Positions 29,748 through 40,363 of a stretch of 53,675 nt of DNA are shown piece after piece. Origin of the DNA: Bacteroidales bacterium (GTDB lineage: Bacteria; Bacteroidota; Bacteroidia; Bacteroidales; Dysgonomonadaceae); NCBI GenBank assembly GCA_012840785.1, contig DUVZ01000083.1:1-53675 (forward strand), read 5' to 3'. The position numbers and the translations under genes are program-made. Within the stretch, counting starts at the first letter, position 1; every line of letters starts with the position of its first letter. The notes under the pieces were generated by a model. The model did not search any database and was not told the origin of the DNA. It saw nothing but the letters and a program-made list of their open reading frames with translations.

Positions 29748-30542
29748 CTAGCTAACATTCTGTTTTCTTCTACGTAGTTTAAAAATGCCTAAGACTCTTT
29801 TAATATAAAACCGTCGAACTGAATAATAAAGGTTGTTGCGTTGCAAGAGAAGCGAATAAAGTCGAGCACTCTTCTCGGCTTCTATAGCATAATGTTCAGC
29901 CATTAAGGCAAGTGCAACAGGATTGTCGGTCAATCTCTTGAGATTAACAAGTCCTTTTACAGGCAGAATGCGACGACGAAAGGTCAGTCTATTAAGATCG
30001 ATAAAAGAGAATCTCCACTTATCATCACCCAGCTTATTAATGAGAACATTTCCAGCACTCAAATCATTGTGCCAAGGACCAGCAGGATGCACTACAGCAG
30101 CCATCTCCTTTGCAAAGCTTGAAAGAATCTTCTCTTGACAATCGATAGTTTTATCTAACACATCTCTCATATCAAAATCATAATCAAGATAAAGCGATAT
30201 ATAATAAGCTTTCTGCAGAATGTGCCATTTGCCGTATATCTCAACATACCCTACAGCCTCTGGTGTATCTATGCCATGCTCCTCTAATCTTCGTGCTACT
30301 TTGTATGACCGTTCAGCCTTTGTAGCACGAAACCAAGAATACATAAATCTATTAAAAACTGTAACTCGCTTAAATGATTTAATGCACAGTTTTAGGTTAT
30401 TATGCTCAATAACCTTTATTTCGTTACGATCGTTCTTTAAAGTCTCACCCTCTCTATCAAAAGTAGTAGGCAAAGACTTTAAAAAGTCTTTGATATGACT
30501 ATAAGCAGGGTTAACTATTACTTTTGCACTCATGTTAGCCAA
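29748..30542 (-). CDS. Lipopolysaccharide kinase (Kdo/WaaP/InaA) family protein
   Basis: 264-aa ORF with a protein-kinase-like catalytic loop HNDLSAGNVLI and FIDLNR, plus an N-lobe ..IKSFK.. lysine context. AT-rich spacers of about 200 bp flank it on both sides. Confidence 0.7.
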   Translation of the reverse strand: MANMSAKVIVNPAYSHIKDFLKSLPTTFDREGETLKNDRNEIKVIEHNNLKLCIKSFKRVTVFNRFMYSWFRATKAERSYKVARRLEEHGIDTPEAVGYVEIYGKWHILQKAYYISLYLDYDFDMRDVLDKTIDCQEKILSSFAKEMAAVVHPAGPWHNDLSAGNVLINKLGDDKWRFSFIDLNRLTFRRRILPVKGLVNLKRLTDNPVALALMAEHYAIEAEKSARLYSLLLQRNNLYYSVRRFYIKRVLGIFKLRRRKQNVS

Positions 30543-30572
30543 TTGATATTAATTAAATACTGCAATAAACTA

Positions 30573-30611
30573 CACCTCGAAACAATCTGTTACGATAATT
30601 GAGTCGAGGTG
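30573..30611 (-). terminator. 8-bp stem hairpin between ftsW and the kinase-family gene (possible attenuator or terminator)
   Basis: cacctcga-N23-tcgaggtg. On the minus strand it is followed by tagtttatt. The loop is large, so function is uncertain. Confidence 0.3.
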
Positions 30612-30748
30612 GTTTCTGATAAAATTAGACAATAAACATCAGCAAGTCAAAGAAGTGATGTTAATTAGTTTTCTTTAGACTTTTTCTCAACTCAATCTTA
30701 ATTAAACACAATCACCAATTTCATAATGCACATAAGAATACAACTGAT

Positions 30749-32116
30749 TTAAGCTTGAATTATATCAAACTCTATTTCTGGTGCATACTCTTCATTTATT
30801 ACTGACTTTGCAAAAGGATTTTGCTCTTGTTCTGCCTCATCATCTTTCTTTTCAAAGGCTTCTATATTCATCAACTCAATATTTACAATTGGTGTAACTT
30901 CAGTTTTCTTTTTACATTTTCCAAATCTGTCAGCACTTAAAATAATGCCAAAGTAGGCACATGTAATAAGTGTGGAAGTCCCTCCTCTACTTATCAAAGG
31001 CAGGGGCTGCCCAGTTACTGGAATCAAATTCACGGCAACAGCCATATTCACAAAAGCTTGCATGGCAAGCATCAACGCCGAACCTAGAATTAAATATTTC
31101 GGAAAAAGTTTATCAGTTTTCCTTGCTATTTTACCAGCTCTCATTAATATTATTATATAAAGTATCAGCACTACAGTTCCACCAAGCAGTCCCATCTCTT
31201 CTAAAATTATACTGTAAATAAAATCTGAATAAGCTTGAGGTAAAAAATCACGTTCTTTACTATTACCCGGAAATTTACCAAAAACACCTCCATTAGCAAT
31301 TGCTATTTTTGAGTGAGCTACTTGATAATTTTTGTCTGTTACTTGATAATATGACTCTTCGTCCTCTATATCAGAACTGCCAAACTCATCTAAACGCGAT
31401 TGCCATGTTCCGAAACGTTTCAACATCCCATCTTGAGTCCATTGTGTGGGAATTGCTTTTAATAAAAGTACAGCCAAAACTGCAGCTACTACACCTAGTA
31501 GAGCCACCTTTGCTAAACGCTTGAACTTAACATTACCAATAAACATTAAAATATAACAAACAAGAAACAAAAGTAGCGCAGTTGATAGGTTGTCTTTGGC
31601 TATAATTAAAGAGACAACAATCATGAGACCTATCATCCATTTAAAAAGAATTTCTTCATTTTTACTATTTTGCCTACTCAACAAAAAAGCAATTGTACCC
31701 ATTAACGATATTTTTGCAATCTCTGATGGCTGAATACTTATACCCATTATCCTTATCCAACGGTCTGCACCATTAATAGTTTCACCCAATAAAGGAGTAA
31801 GAAGCAGCAAAACAACAGATCCAATTAACACAAGTATGAGTGAAGAGAAATATCTGTATGGCACATTGTGTATAAAAAGGATAACCCCTACACCTCCAAG
31901 CAAGAATGTTGCATGACGTAAAATAGGTCCCCAGTGATTTTGTTGTCGATAAACTAGTGTACTAGTTGAACTAAACACCTCTATTAGCGAAATAATAGTA
32001 AGAGCTATAAAAACTGACCAAATGACTTTGTCTCCTTTAAATATTTTTGAGAAAAAACCACCTGTACATGTAGGCTCAAGGTTGCTGGGATTTGGCTTTG
32101 ATGATTTGTTTTCCAT
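30749..32116 (-). CDS. ftsW: SEDS-family peptidoglycan glycosyltransferase FtsW
   Basis: 455-aa protein with about 10 TM helices and SEDS motifs (..SIQPSEIAK.., ..LPQAYSDFIYSII.EE.G.., ..TGQPLPLISRGGTS..), plus an acidic C-terminal tail. Confidence 0.92.
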   Translation of the reverse strand: MENKSSKPNPSNLEPTCTGGFFSKIFKGDKVIWSVFIALTIISLIEVFSSTSTLVYRQQNHWGPILRHATFLLGGVGVILFIHNVPYRYFSSLILVLIGSVVLLLLTPLLGETINGADRWIRIMGISIQPSEIAKISLMGTIAFLLSRQNSKNEEILFKWMIGLMIVVSLIIAKDNLSTALLLFLVCYILMFIGNVKFKRLAKVALLGVVAAVLAVLLLKAIPTQWTQDGMLKRFGTWQSRLDEFGSSDIEDEESYYQVTDKNYQVAHSKIAIANGGVFGKFPGNSKERDFLPQAYSDFIYSIILEEMGLLGGTVVLILYIIILMRAGKIARKTDKLFPKYLILGSALMLAMQAFVNMAVAVNLIPVTGQPLPLISRGGTSTLITCAYFGIILSADRFGKCKKKTEVTPIVNIELMNIEAFEKKDDEAEQEQNPFAKSVINEEYAPEIEFDIIQA

Positions 32117-32241
32117 TTTAATATTGCTTTTGCTAGTTAAATTTCTGTTTTAATAGATTCGTTCGAGCGCATTTACAATTCGTGTATCGCTTTAACGAAA
32201 TAGTTTATTATTCTATTTCTGTTTTTATTAAAAACATCATA

Positions 32242-33603
32242 TCACAACTTTCTCACACACTCTTTAAATTGATCTCCCCTATCTTCATAATTCTTAAACA
32301 AGTCGAAACTTGCACAGCATGGCGATAACAATACCACATCGCCTTTCTCAGCAACATCGTATGCTATATTTACAGCCATAGCCATATTGTCGGCATCAAA
32401 TATTAATGGCACTTTACCATCAAAAAACTCGTGCAAAGCCCTATTATCTTTCCCTAACAAGATAAGTGCACGAACTTTCTCTTTAATTAAATGCTCTATC
32501 TCTTTGTAGTCATTCCCTTTGTCAGTACCACCCATAATGAGCACTACCTTCGACTTCATACTCTGCAACGCATACCAACATGAGTTTACATTGGTAGCTT
32601 TAGAGTCGTTCACATATAGAACGCCTCTCACAGTTGCCACCTTCTCTAATCTATGTGGAACCCCTTGAAAATCTGTGAGTGATTGGCGCAGTGACTCGTC
32701 GCTGATATCTAATAATTTCGATACTAGCCCTGCTGCCATTGAGTTGTATAAATTATGTGTCCCTTGAAGGGATAATTGATCTTTTTTCATTCTAAAAGTA
32801 CTATTATTGGCATGTATATAAATGTGCGCATCTTTTTGATAGGCGCATATTCCTTCTGCTTTAGCTTGTGCAAAAGGAATTAAATGTGACAACGGTTTTA
32901 TTTTTTCTATTTCACGAACAATCAAAGGGTCATTAGCCCAATAGATAAAGCAGTTATCAACAGTTTGATTATTAAGAATCTTCATTTTAGCATCTACATA
33001 GTTCTGCATTTGATAGGCATAACGATCTAAATGGTCAGGCGTAATATTAAGCATAACAGCATAGTCAGCACGAAACTCTGTCATTGCCTCCAACTGAAAA
33101 CTACTTAGCTCTAATACATAAAGATCGTGTTGTTCTTCTGCCACTTGCTTTGCAAAACTTGTACCTACATTGCCTGCAAGCCCTACATTCAAACCTGCTG
33201 ACTTTAAAATATGATAAAGCAGTGTGCTGGTTGTTGTTTTTCCATTGCTGCCAGTTATACAAATAGTTTTTGCATTAGTATAACGAGCCGCAAACTCTAT
33301 TTCGGATATTAGAGGAATGTTGTTTTTGAGCACTTCAACTATAAGAGGTACAGTATTGGGGATACCTGGACTTTTTACTACCTCATCGGCACCCAATATT
33401 TTATCTAATGTATGTTTCCCCTCTTCAAATGGGATATTATATTCATTCAACTCTTTGCGAGATTGCTCGGATATCTCTCCACTATCAGACAAAAACACAT
33501 TCATTCCTTTAGTATTGCCAAGGATGGCTGCACCAACTCCACTTAGTCCTCCACCCAGGACAACTAATTTCTTCTGTTTATTATATTGATCTTCCAGCTT
33601 CAT
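32242..33603 (-). CDS. murD: UDP-N-acetylmuramoylalanine--D-glutamate ligase
   Basis: VVLGGGLSGVGAA Rossmann motif, ITGSNGKTTTSTL P-loop and DSKATNVNS. Confidence 0.96.
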   Translation of the reverse strand: MKLEDQYNKQKKLVVLGGGLSGVGAAILGNTKGMNVFLSDSGEISEQSRKELNEYNIPFEEGKHTLDKILGADEVVKSPGIPNTVPLIVEVLKNNIPLISEIEFAARYTNAKTICITGSNGKTTTSTLLYHILKSAGLNVGLAGNVGTSFAKQVAEEQHDLYVLELSSFQLEAMTEFRADYAVMLNITPDHLDRYAYQMQNYVDAKMKILNNQTVDNCFIYWANDPLIVREIEKIKPLSHLIPFAQAKAEGICAYQKDAHIYIHANNSTFRMKKDQLSLQGTHNLYNSMAAGLVSKLLDISDESLRQSLTDFQGVPHRLEKVATVRGVLYVNDSKATNVNSCWYALQSMKSKVVLIMGGTDKGNDYKEIEHLIKEKVRALILLGKDNRALHEFFDGKVPLIFDADNMAMAVNIAYDVAEKGDVVLLSPCCASFDLFKNYEDRGDQFKECVRKL

Positions 33604-33604
33604 A

Positions 33605-34864
33605 TTATCTCATCTTTAAAGTTGCTAAAGTCAACACTGCTAAAATAATTCCTACTAACCAAAAGCGAACAGTAATTTTTGATTCTGGTATAGGAATTAT
33701 TGGTTTTTGGATAATTGCATCTATAGCTCCATTGCCTGGCTTTTGAAAATGATGGTGAAGCGGAGTCATTTTGAAAACACGCTTGCCATAACCAAGTTTC
33801 TTCTTTGTAAATTTGAAGTAAGTAACCTGAATAATTACAGATAAGCTTTCAACAAAGAATACTCCGCATAAAATGGGAAGTAGCAACTCTTTATGAATAA
33901 GTACAGCAAAAACACCAATTATTCCTCCAAGTGTCAAACTTCCCGTATCGCCCATAAACACTTGTGCAGGATATGCATTATACCACAAAAACCCAACTGT
34001 TGCACCAACAAATGCAGCTGCAAACACCACTAACTCCTGACTACCTGGTATAAACATAATATTGAGGTAAGAAGCAAATTCTAAGTGACCCGACACATAG
34101 GCTAAAACGCCCAGTGTGACCCCTATAATGGAGGAGCTTCCAGCTGCCAAACCATCCAACCCATCAGTAAGATTGGCACTATTTGATACTGCTGTTACAA
34201 TTAAAATAATAACTAAAACAATAGCTATCCAAACTGCTTTGTCTGCATAAGGTCCCATAAAAGAGACAAGCTTTTTGTAATCGAAATTATTATTCTTTTG
34301 AAAAGGTATTGTTGTTTGGGTTGTTTTTACATCCTTTTTTGCATAACTCACACTTTCTATAGTGTCGCCTACTTTCAGCTCTTGATTTTCGCGTACAACA
34401 ATATCACTGCTTAAAAACATAGTAAGACCTACTATTAAGCCTAAGCCAATCTGTGCTACAATTTTAAACTTGCCTTTAAGTCCATCCTTGTCCTTTCTAA
34501 ACACTTTAATATAGTCGTCAGAAAAACCTAATACACCAAGCCAAATAGTTGTTACAATCATCAAAATTACATACACATTGTCTAGTCGACCAAACAAAAG
34601 AATAGGTATGAGTATGGCTATAATGATAATGACACCACCCATTGTAGGAGTGCCTTTCTTAGTAAGTTGACCTTCTACATCTAAGTTTCTAATAATTTCA
34701 CCTATTTGATACACTTGCAGCTTTTGAATGATGCGACGCCCAATTATTGTTGATATAAATAGCGAAAACACCAATGCCATTGCCGATCTAAACGACACAT
34801 ATTGCATCATCCCTGCACCTGGCAAGTTAAGTTCATTTAAATATTGAAAAAGATAGTACAACAT
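33605..34864 (-). CDS. mraY: Phospho-N-acetylmuramoyl-pentapeptide transferase
   Basis: Polytopic protein with ..KKGTPTMGG.., [19 protein letters not shown] and PLHHHF motifs. Confidence 0.97.
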   Translation of the reverse strand: MLYYLFQYLNELNLPGAGMMQYVSFRSAMALVFSLFISTIIGRRIIQKLQVYQIGEIIRNLDVEGQLTKKGTPTMGGVIIIIAILIPILLFGRLDNVYVILMIVTTIWLGVLGFSDDYIKVFRKDKDGLKGKFKIVAQIGLGLIVGLTMFLSSDIVVRENQELKVGDTIESVSYAKKDVKTTQTTIPFQKNNNFDYKKLVSFMGPYADKAVWIAIVLVIILIVTAVSNSANLTDGLDGLAAGSSSIIGVTLGVLAYVSGHLEFASYLNIMFIPGSQELVVFAAAFVGATVGFLWYNAYPAQVFMGDTGSLTLGGIIGVFAVLIHKELLLPILCGVFFVESLSVIIQVTYFKFTKKKLGYGKRVFKMTPLHHHFQKPGNGAIDAIIQKPIIPIPESKITVRFWLVGIILAVLTLATLKMR

Positions 34865-34894
34865 ATCTTATTTATATTTTTCTATCAGTTTATT

Positions 34895-36349
34895 TTATAT
34901 TGAGAAGCACTCTTCTACTACTTCTTTATCATCAAAATGATGCTTTACACCATTAATATCTTGGTATGCCTCGTGCCCTTTACCAGCAATAAGTATTACA
35001 TCACCAGGTTTTGCTAGGTTGCATGCTGTTTTTATTGCTTCTTTTCTATCTAATATATTAAGAGTTACCCTCTTTTGTTCTTGAGTTAGACCTGTAAGCA
35101 TATCATTCAAAATTTCTTGTGGGTCTTCAAATCTCGGATTGTCGGAAGTAAGAATTACCCTATTGCTCCGTTCTACAGATTCCTTTGCCATAATAGGACG
35201 TTTAGTTTTATCACGATTACCCCCCGACCCTACTACTGTAATTATCTCACCTTCAGAAGAAAGCACTTCGTGTATAGCTTCCAAAACATTTACTAAAGCA
35301 TCTGGTGTATGTGCATAATCAACAATAGCTGTTATATTATTTGATGAGCGAATTGTTTGAAAACGACCTGCTACTGGTTGTAAAGAGCTAAGTGTAACAA
35401 GCAAATCCTCTGTAGGTATACCTAAAATATCTGCTACTCCATAAACGGCTAATAGATTGTAAACATTAAAAACACCAACAAACTGCACAGTGAGCTCTCT
35501 ATCGTTAATTTCTATGTCTGTACCATCAAAATGCTTTTCGAAAATGCGTCCTTTATAATCAGCAAGACTCTTTACCGAATAAGTATAATGGGTAGCTGCA
35601 CTATTTTGCAACATCACTCTACCATTTTTATCATCGATATTTGTGAGAGCAAATGCATCTTTAGGGAGGTTATCAAAAAAACTTTTCTTTACGTTCAGGT
35701 AATCGAGCATGTTTTTGTGATAGTCCAAATGATCTTGACTCAAATTAGTGAAAACTCCACCATCAAAATGCAGAAAATGAATGCGATGCTGATGAATAGC
35801 ATGCGAACTAACCTCCATAAAGGCATATTCACAACCTGCATCAAGCATTTTTCGCATCATTCGATTGAGCGAAATAGTATCTAATGTTGTAAGTGATGTA
35901 GGATACTTCTCATCATTTATATAGTTGCTAACAGTAGAGAACAACCCAGCTGAATAGCCTAGCCTCCTTACCATATTAAACAAAAGCGTAGCAACCGTGG
36001 TCTTGCCATTTGTACCTGTTATACCAACCAACTTTAACTGTGATGAGGGATTGCCATACCAAACAGAAGCTATTTCGGCTAATGCTTTAGCACTATTCTC
36101 GACCTGTATGTAGGTAACACGCTGAAAATACTCCTCAATCATTGGTTTGTCATACACCACAACAGAAGCACCTTGTTCTATAGCTTTTGATATATAATCA
36201 TGACCATCAGTACATATACCTGCAACAGCTACGAACATAAACCCAGGCTCAACTTCTCGAGAGTCAGAACATATCTCCACAACAGAAATATTCATATCTC
36301 CGTTAGTAGAAATCACCTTTGTGTTTTGTAGAAGTTTATTTAGTTTCAT
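34895..36349 (-). CDS. murE: UDP-N-acetylmuramoyl-L-alanyl-D-glutamate--2,6-diaminopimelate ligase
   Basis: ITGTNGKTTVATL P-loop, ..VDYAHTPDAL.., a DNPR motif (SDNPRFEDP) and a ..GKGHE.YQ ending. Confidence 0.95.
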   Translation of the reverse strand: MKLNKLLQNTKVISTNGDMNISVVEICSDSREVEPGFMFVAVAGICTDGHDYISKAIEQGASVVVYDKPMIEEYFQRVTYIQVENSAKALAEIASVWYGNPSSQLKLVGITGTNGKTTVATLLFNMVRRLGYSAGLFSTVSNYINDEKYPTSLTTLDTISLNRMMRKMLDAGCEYAFMEVSSHAIHQHRIHFLHFDGGVFTNLSQDHLDYHKNMLDYLNVKKSFFDNLPKDAFALTNIDDKNGRVMLQNSAATHYTYSVKSLADYKGRIFEKHFDGTDIEINDRELTVQFVGVFNVYNLLAVYGVADILGIPTEDLLVTLSSLQPVAGRFQTIRSSNNITAIVDYAHTPDALVNVLEAIHEVLSSEGEIITVVGSGGNRDKTKRPIMAKESVERSNRVILTSDNPRFEDPQEILNDMLTGLTQEQKRVTLNILDRKEAIKTACNLAKPGDVILIAGKGHEAYQDINGVKHHFDDKEVVEECFSI

Positions 36350-36367
36350 TTTATTTTATATTTCTAT

Positions 36368-38563
36368 TTATCTCATCACCAAATTAACAGTTCTGCCTTT
36401 CACTATTTTCTGACCAGGACCTATCGATTGTGAAACAACTCGACCTGAGCCACTAACATTGACTCTCAATCCTAATTTTTCTAATAAATAGAGTGCATCA
36501 CGTGCACCCATTCCATAAACATTTGGAACTAAATTGTCTATTAAAGTAAGAGGTTCGGCTTGATAACCAACACTATCGCTCTTCATCTGCACCCAAAAAG
36601 CATCTTTATCAACAGAGTTTGACTGATAACCCAGATCTTTAAGCACTTTTTGATTTTTAGTCCAAATTCCATTCTTTAATGTAGGCACTTTAGACAGAGT
36701 AGAGTCTACCCTACAATCCTCAGCAGCCAAATAGGTAGTTCTCACATATGTTTGCTCAGCAATATTTTTAAAAACCATGCCAGCCATTCCACCTCCCGAA
36801 GGTATTCCTTTTGGTTTGCGTATACCAACAAAGCAAGTGTACTTAGGCTCATCAGCAGGGAAAAACCCACAAAAAGAAACAAAGTGTCCACTATACCCAC
36901 CGTCAGAAGCTATTTGTGCCGTTCCAGTTTTACCAGCAATTGAAAAAAGATCTGATTTTACAACCTTTGCTGTGCCTCTCTCTATAACCCCCTCCAACAT
37001 GTTGTTGACCATATCTATAGACTTTTGTGAAGCTATAGATGAGTTAACAACCTCTGCTTCAACTTTATTTACAAGCTTACCATCTTTGTAAAACTCTTTG
37101 GCTATAAATGGCTTCAACATTTTACCATTATTTGCTAACGCATTATAAAACATAAGCATGTAAATAGGTGGAACTTGTGTTTCATAACCAAACGACATCC
37201 ACGCAAGCGTTGTTTTAGACCATGGGTTGGAGGCGTCATTTGGGTGACGTATCTGTGATGTGCCCTCAATGCCTCGTAAAGGAACATCCCACTCCAATGC
37301 TTTTGTCAAGCCCATTTTATCTATACGCTTCGTAAACTTATCAGGCTGATTTTCAAATGCTTTTAAAGCAATCTTTGCCATCACAATATTAGATGACACC
37401 TCTATACCTTCTTGAACTGTTAAGTAACCTCTATCTTCACCACGTGTCCAATAGTGATCGCGCACTACTCGGCGATTGTGGGTATACAACCCGCTGCCTA
37501 CATGAAACGAATCTGTAGGGATTATAACACCCTCTTCTAATGCTGCAAGCACTGTGATAGGTTTGAATGTAGAGCCAGGCTCATTCATATATGAAAACAC
37601 ATTGGGATTTCCCTCTGCATATACACCCTTGCTCACTCTATCTAAATTAACAATACCTTTAATCTCTCCTGTTTTAACCTCCATTATTACTGCACAGCCA
37701 GACTCAGCATCAATTTCAATTAACTTATTACGTAATGCTCTTTCTGATATATCTTGAATATCAGCATCAAGCGTTGTAACAATATCATAACCATCTTGTG
37801 CTGGAATTTCTACTACATCCATCCATCTACCTTGAATTTTCTCTCTATTCTTCACTCCAGAAACACCTCTTAATAGAGAGTCGAATTTCAACTCCAATCC
37901 ACTAGCCCCACCCTTGCTTAAATCACCATATACATTGCCAACGGTACGAGTAGCTAATGAGCGAAATGGTTTTTTCCTTGAATTCTTCAGTTCAGCTATC
38001 AGTCCACTTCTATTAGAGCCTTGATCAAAAAAAGGTAGCTTTTTAATCTCTTTAAGCTCAACATAAGATATATCTCGCCGTATAACGCGCACATATCTTC
38101 TAGTCTTCTTCACTTTTTTCTCACTACCACTTGCTTCGTTTGATTTTATCTGCTGTTCCTCTTTCTCTCTTTGTTTAAAATTATTCAGAAAAAAGGATCG
38201 ATACTGACTAGCCGTTCTATCTCCAAACATAGCAGACAATCCTTCCGAAAGAGGCTCTAGATATTTCACAAGAGTATCTTTTTTCATTCCACCTGCCCAA
38301 AAATCCATATAGATACCATAAAGAGGCTCGCTGGACGCTAGAAGTTTTCCATCGTATGTAAAAATATTTCCTCGAGTTGGTAATATCTCTCTATCACGAA
38401 TAACTGTTTCCCTTTTACCTACTTCGCGCCATTTTTCCCCTTCTGAGGTGAAAACAACCTTTCCTGCTGAAAAAAGAATGCAACCCCCAAACAATATCAA
38501 CACTACCACAACTACACCATATCGGTTTAGGATTCTTCTTTTATTGATTGTATCTTTATTCAT
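36368..38563 (-). CDS. ftsI: Class B penicillin-binding protein (FtsI/PBP3-type) with C-terminal PASTA domain
   Basis: N-terminal TM helix; transpeptidase motifs STFKP, SSN and KTGT; a terminal segment of about 60 aa, ..VPNVYGMGARDALYLLEKLGLRVNVSGSGRVVSQSI.PG, that is PASTA-like. Confidence 0.92.
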   Translation of the reverse strand: MNKDTINKRRILNRYGVVVVVLILFGGCILFSAGKVVFTSEGEKWREVGKRETVIRDREILPTRGNIFTYDGKLLASSEPLYGIYMDFWAGGMKKDTLVKYLEPLSEGLSAMFGDRTASQYRSFFLNNFKQREKEEQQIKSNEASGSEKKVKKTRRYVRVIRRDISYVELKEIKKLPFFDQGSNRSGLIAELKNSRKKPFRSLATRTVGNVYGDLSKGGASGLELKFDSLLRGVSGVKNREKIQGRWMDVVEIPAQDGYDIVTTLDADIQDISERALRNKLIEIDAESGCAVIMEVKTGEIKGIVNLDRVSKGVYAEGNPNVFSYMNEPGSTFKPITVLAALEEGVIIPTDSFHVGSGLYTHNRRVVRDHYWTRGEDRGYLTVQEGIEVSSNIVMAKIALKAFENQPDKFTKRIDKMGLTKALEWDVPLRGIEGTSQIRHPNDASNPWSKTTLAWMSFGYETQVPPIYMLMFYNALANNGKMLKPFIAKEFYKDGKLVNKVEAEVVNSSIASQKSIDMVNNMLEGVIERGTAKVVKSDLFSIAGKTGTAQIASDGGYSGHFVSFCGFFPADEPKYTCFVGIRKPKGIPSGGGMAGMVFKNIAEQTYVRTTYLAAEDCRVDSTLSKVPTLKNGIWTKNQKVLKDLGYQSNSVDKDAFWVQMKSDSVGYQAEPLTLIDNLVPNVYGMGARDALYLLEKLGLRVNVSGSGRVVSQSIGPGQKIVKGRTVNLVMR

Positions 38564-38576
38564 TACACCCTCCTTA

Positions 38577-38903
38577 TCATTTGTTTATGTAATAAATAGG
38601 CTCATTAGATATTTTAATATCTAAACCATACCTCTCAATTAACTTTTCTATTTCAGCCTGCCTGCTTGCCTCGGTCAAACTTGATGAAATAGTAAGTGCC
38701 TCATACTTGGCATCCCTCAACTCATATTGGAGCTTTTCAATCTCCGACATTTTACGTAAATAACTGTACCTATGACTAATAAAAACAAATATAATTATGA
38801 GAAAGACAACAAAAAAGCGCATATTATTAACGATGAATCCCTCAGTGAGGATATTTCCACCAAACACATGAATAAACGACTTCTTTATTTTATCTAATTT
38901 CAT
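38577..38903 (-). CDS. FtsL-like cell division protein
   Basis: 108-aa bitopic protein (TM helix FFVVFLIIIFVFI followed by a coiled-coil segment) in the canonical slot between rsmH and ftsI. Confidence 0.75.
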   Translation of the reverse strand: MKLDKIKKSFIHVFGGNILTEGFIVNNMRFFVVFLIIIFVFISHRYSYLRKMSEIEKLQYELRDAKYEALTISSSLTEASRQAEIEKLIERYGLDIKISNEPIYYINK

Positions 38904-38909
38904 AACCTT

Positions 38910-39812
38910 CTAAATTTTTTCTGCAACCCTAAGCTTTGCACTTCTTGAACGAGGATTGTTTTTTTGTTCTTCTTCCGATGGAACAATAACCTTACGATTG
39001 ATAATTTTCAAATCAGTGAGAGGATTACCATAAAAGTCTTTTGTTATTTTACCATCAACATTACCCGAACGAAAAATATTTTTAACTATTCTATCTTCCA
39101 ATGAATGATAAGATATAACACTTAATCTTCCTCCAACAGTTAAACAATCAATCGATTGCTGCAACATCTCAGTCAATGCATCCAACTCTTGATTCACCTC
39201 AATACGTAGTGCTTGAAAAGCTTGAGCCAACACCTTCTTCTCCTTATCACGCAATGTAAACCGCTCCATTATTTCAAGAAACTCACTTACAGTCTCTATT
39301 GCTTTCTTTTGTCTTGCAAAAATAATTGCTGAGGCAATTTTTCGTGCCATTCGCAACTCACCATATAGATAAAACAAATTTGACAACTGCTCTTCATCAT
39401 AACTATTAAGAATATCGGCAGCTGTCTGTTTTGCATATCGATTCATTCTCATATCCAACTGACTATCGAAACGAAATGAAAAACCACGCTCCTCATCATC
39501 AAAGTGATGCGATGAAACGCCTAAATCTGCAAGTATACCATCAACCTTCTCAACTTGGTAATACTGAAGATAATTGCTCAAATACCTAAAATTACTACGC
39601 ACAAAAACAAAACGATCGTCGTGAATCACATTTTTATATGCATCTTCATCTTGATCAAAACCAAACAGTTTACCACTGCTTCCCAAACGTGACAAAATCT
39701 CTTTAGAATGCCCCCCACCCCCAAAAGTTACATCAATATAAGTGCCATCAGGCTTGATGTCCAATCCCTCTACACTCTCATACAGTAAAGCTGGTATATG
39801 ATAATCTGTCAT
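38910..39812 (-). CDS. rsmH: 16S rRNA (cytosine1402-N4)-methyltransferase
   Basis: HIPALL.E...GL, DVTFGGGGHS, DLGVSSHHFD and ISYHSLEDRIVK motifs. Confidence 0.97.
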   Translation of the reverse strand: MTDYHIPALLYESVEGLDIKPDGTYIDVTFGGGGHSKEILSRLGSSGKLFGFDQDEDAYKNVIHDDRFVFVRSNFRYLSNYLQYYQVEKVDGILADLGVSSHHFDDEERGFSFRFDSQLDMRMNRYAKQTAADILNSYDEEQLSNLFYLYGELRMARKIASAIIFARQKKAIETVSEFLEIMERFTLRDKEKKVLAQAFQALRIEVNQELDALTEMLQQSIDCLTVGGRLSVISYHSLEDRIVKNIFRSGNVDGKITKDFYGNPLTDLKIINRKVIVPSEEEQKNNPRSRSAKLRVAEKI

Positions 39813-39834
39813 GATAAATTTTTATTGAAAAAGT

Positions 39835-40278
39835 TTACATCATCAACTTCTGAATCTCTTGAGCAAAATCACCAGGCTCCATAAGAGGATTATCCAATTT
39901 TTCTTTAGCCCAAACCTCTATCGTATTGTCTACACCCAAAAAACGAACATGAGCATCAATTTCTACTAGCTCTAAATACCTTTTCGAAATAAGAATCCTT
40001 CCACTACCATCCAATTCAAGACGCTCTGCGTCTAACACAAACTGACGAAAAACTTGTTGTTCTGTTTTATTCCACTTATTTAGTTTGCTACGTAAAACCT
40101 CAATTTCTCTCTCCCAAACCGATCCTGGATATAACACCAAACAATCTTGAAAAATATCTTTACGCAAAACCAACCAATCCTCTCCTTGCAATTGGAGAAG
40201 CTTGCGAAATGCTGCAGGAACAAAAACTCGCCCTTTTGCATCAACTTTTACTTCAATATTTCCTAAGAATTGATTCAT
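39835..40278 (-). CDS. mraZ: Transcriptional regulator MraZ
   Basis: 147-aa ORF with two SpoVT/AbrB-like repeats carrying the DxxxR motifs (VDAKGRVFVPAAFR and LDGSGRILISKRY). It is the first gene of the dcw cluster. Confidence 0.95.
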   Translation of the reverse strand: MNQFLGNIEVKVDAKGRVFVPAAFRKLLQLQGEDWLVLRKDIFQDCLVLYPGSVWEREIEVLRSKLNKWNKTEQQVFRQFVLDAERLELDGSGRILISKRYLELVEIDAHVRFLGVDNTIEVWAKEKLDNPLMEPGDFAQEIQKLMM

Positions 40279-40336
40279 CTTCTTGCTCTATTTAACTCCT
40301 TTAAATTGATACCTGCTGTAAAATTACTAAAAATAT

Positions 40337-40363
40337 CCACTTTCCCCCACTATTCAACACTTT
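40337..40363 (-). promoter_or_regulatory. MraZ operator: three direct boxes with 10-bp period
   Basis: The minus strand reads AAAGTGT-tga-ATAGTGG-ggg-AAAGTGG, 60-85 nt upstream of the mraZ ATG. This matches the described AAAGTG[T/G]-N3 repeat architecture of MraZ sites. Confidence 0.65.
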
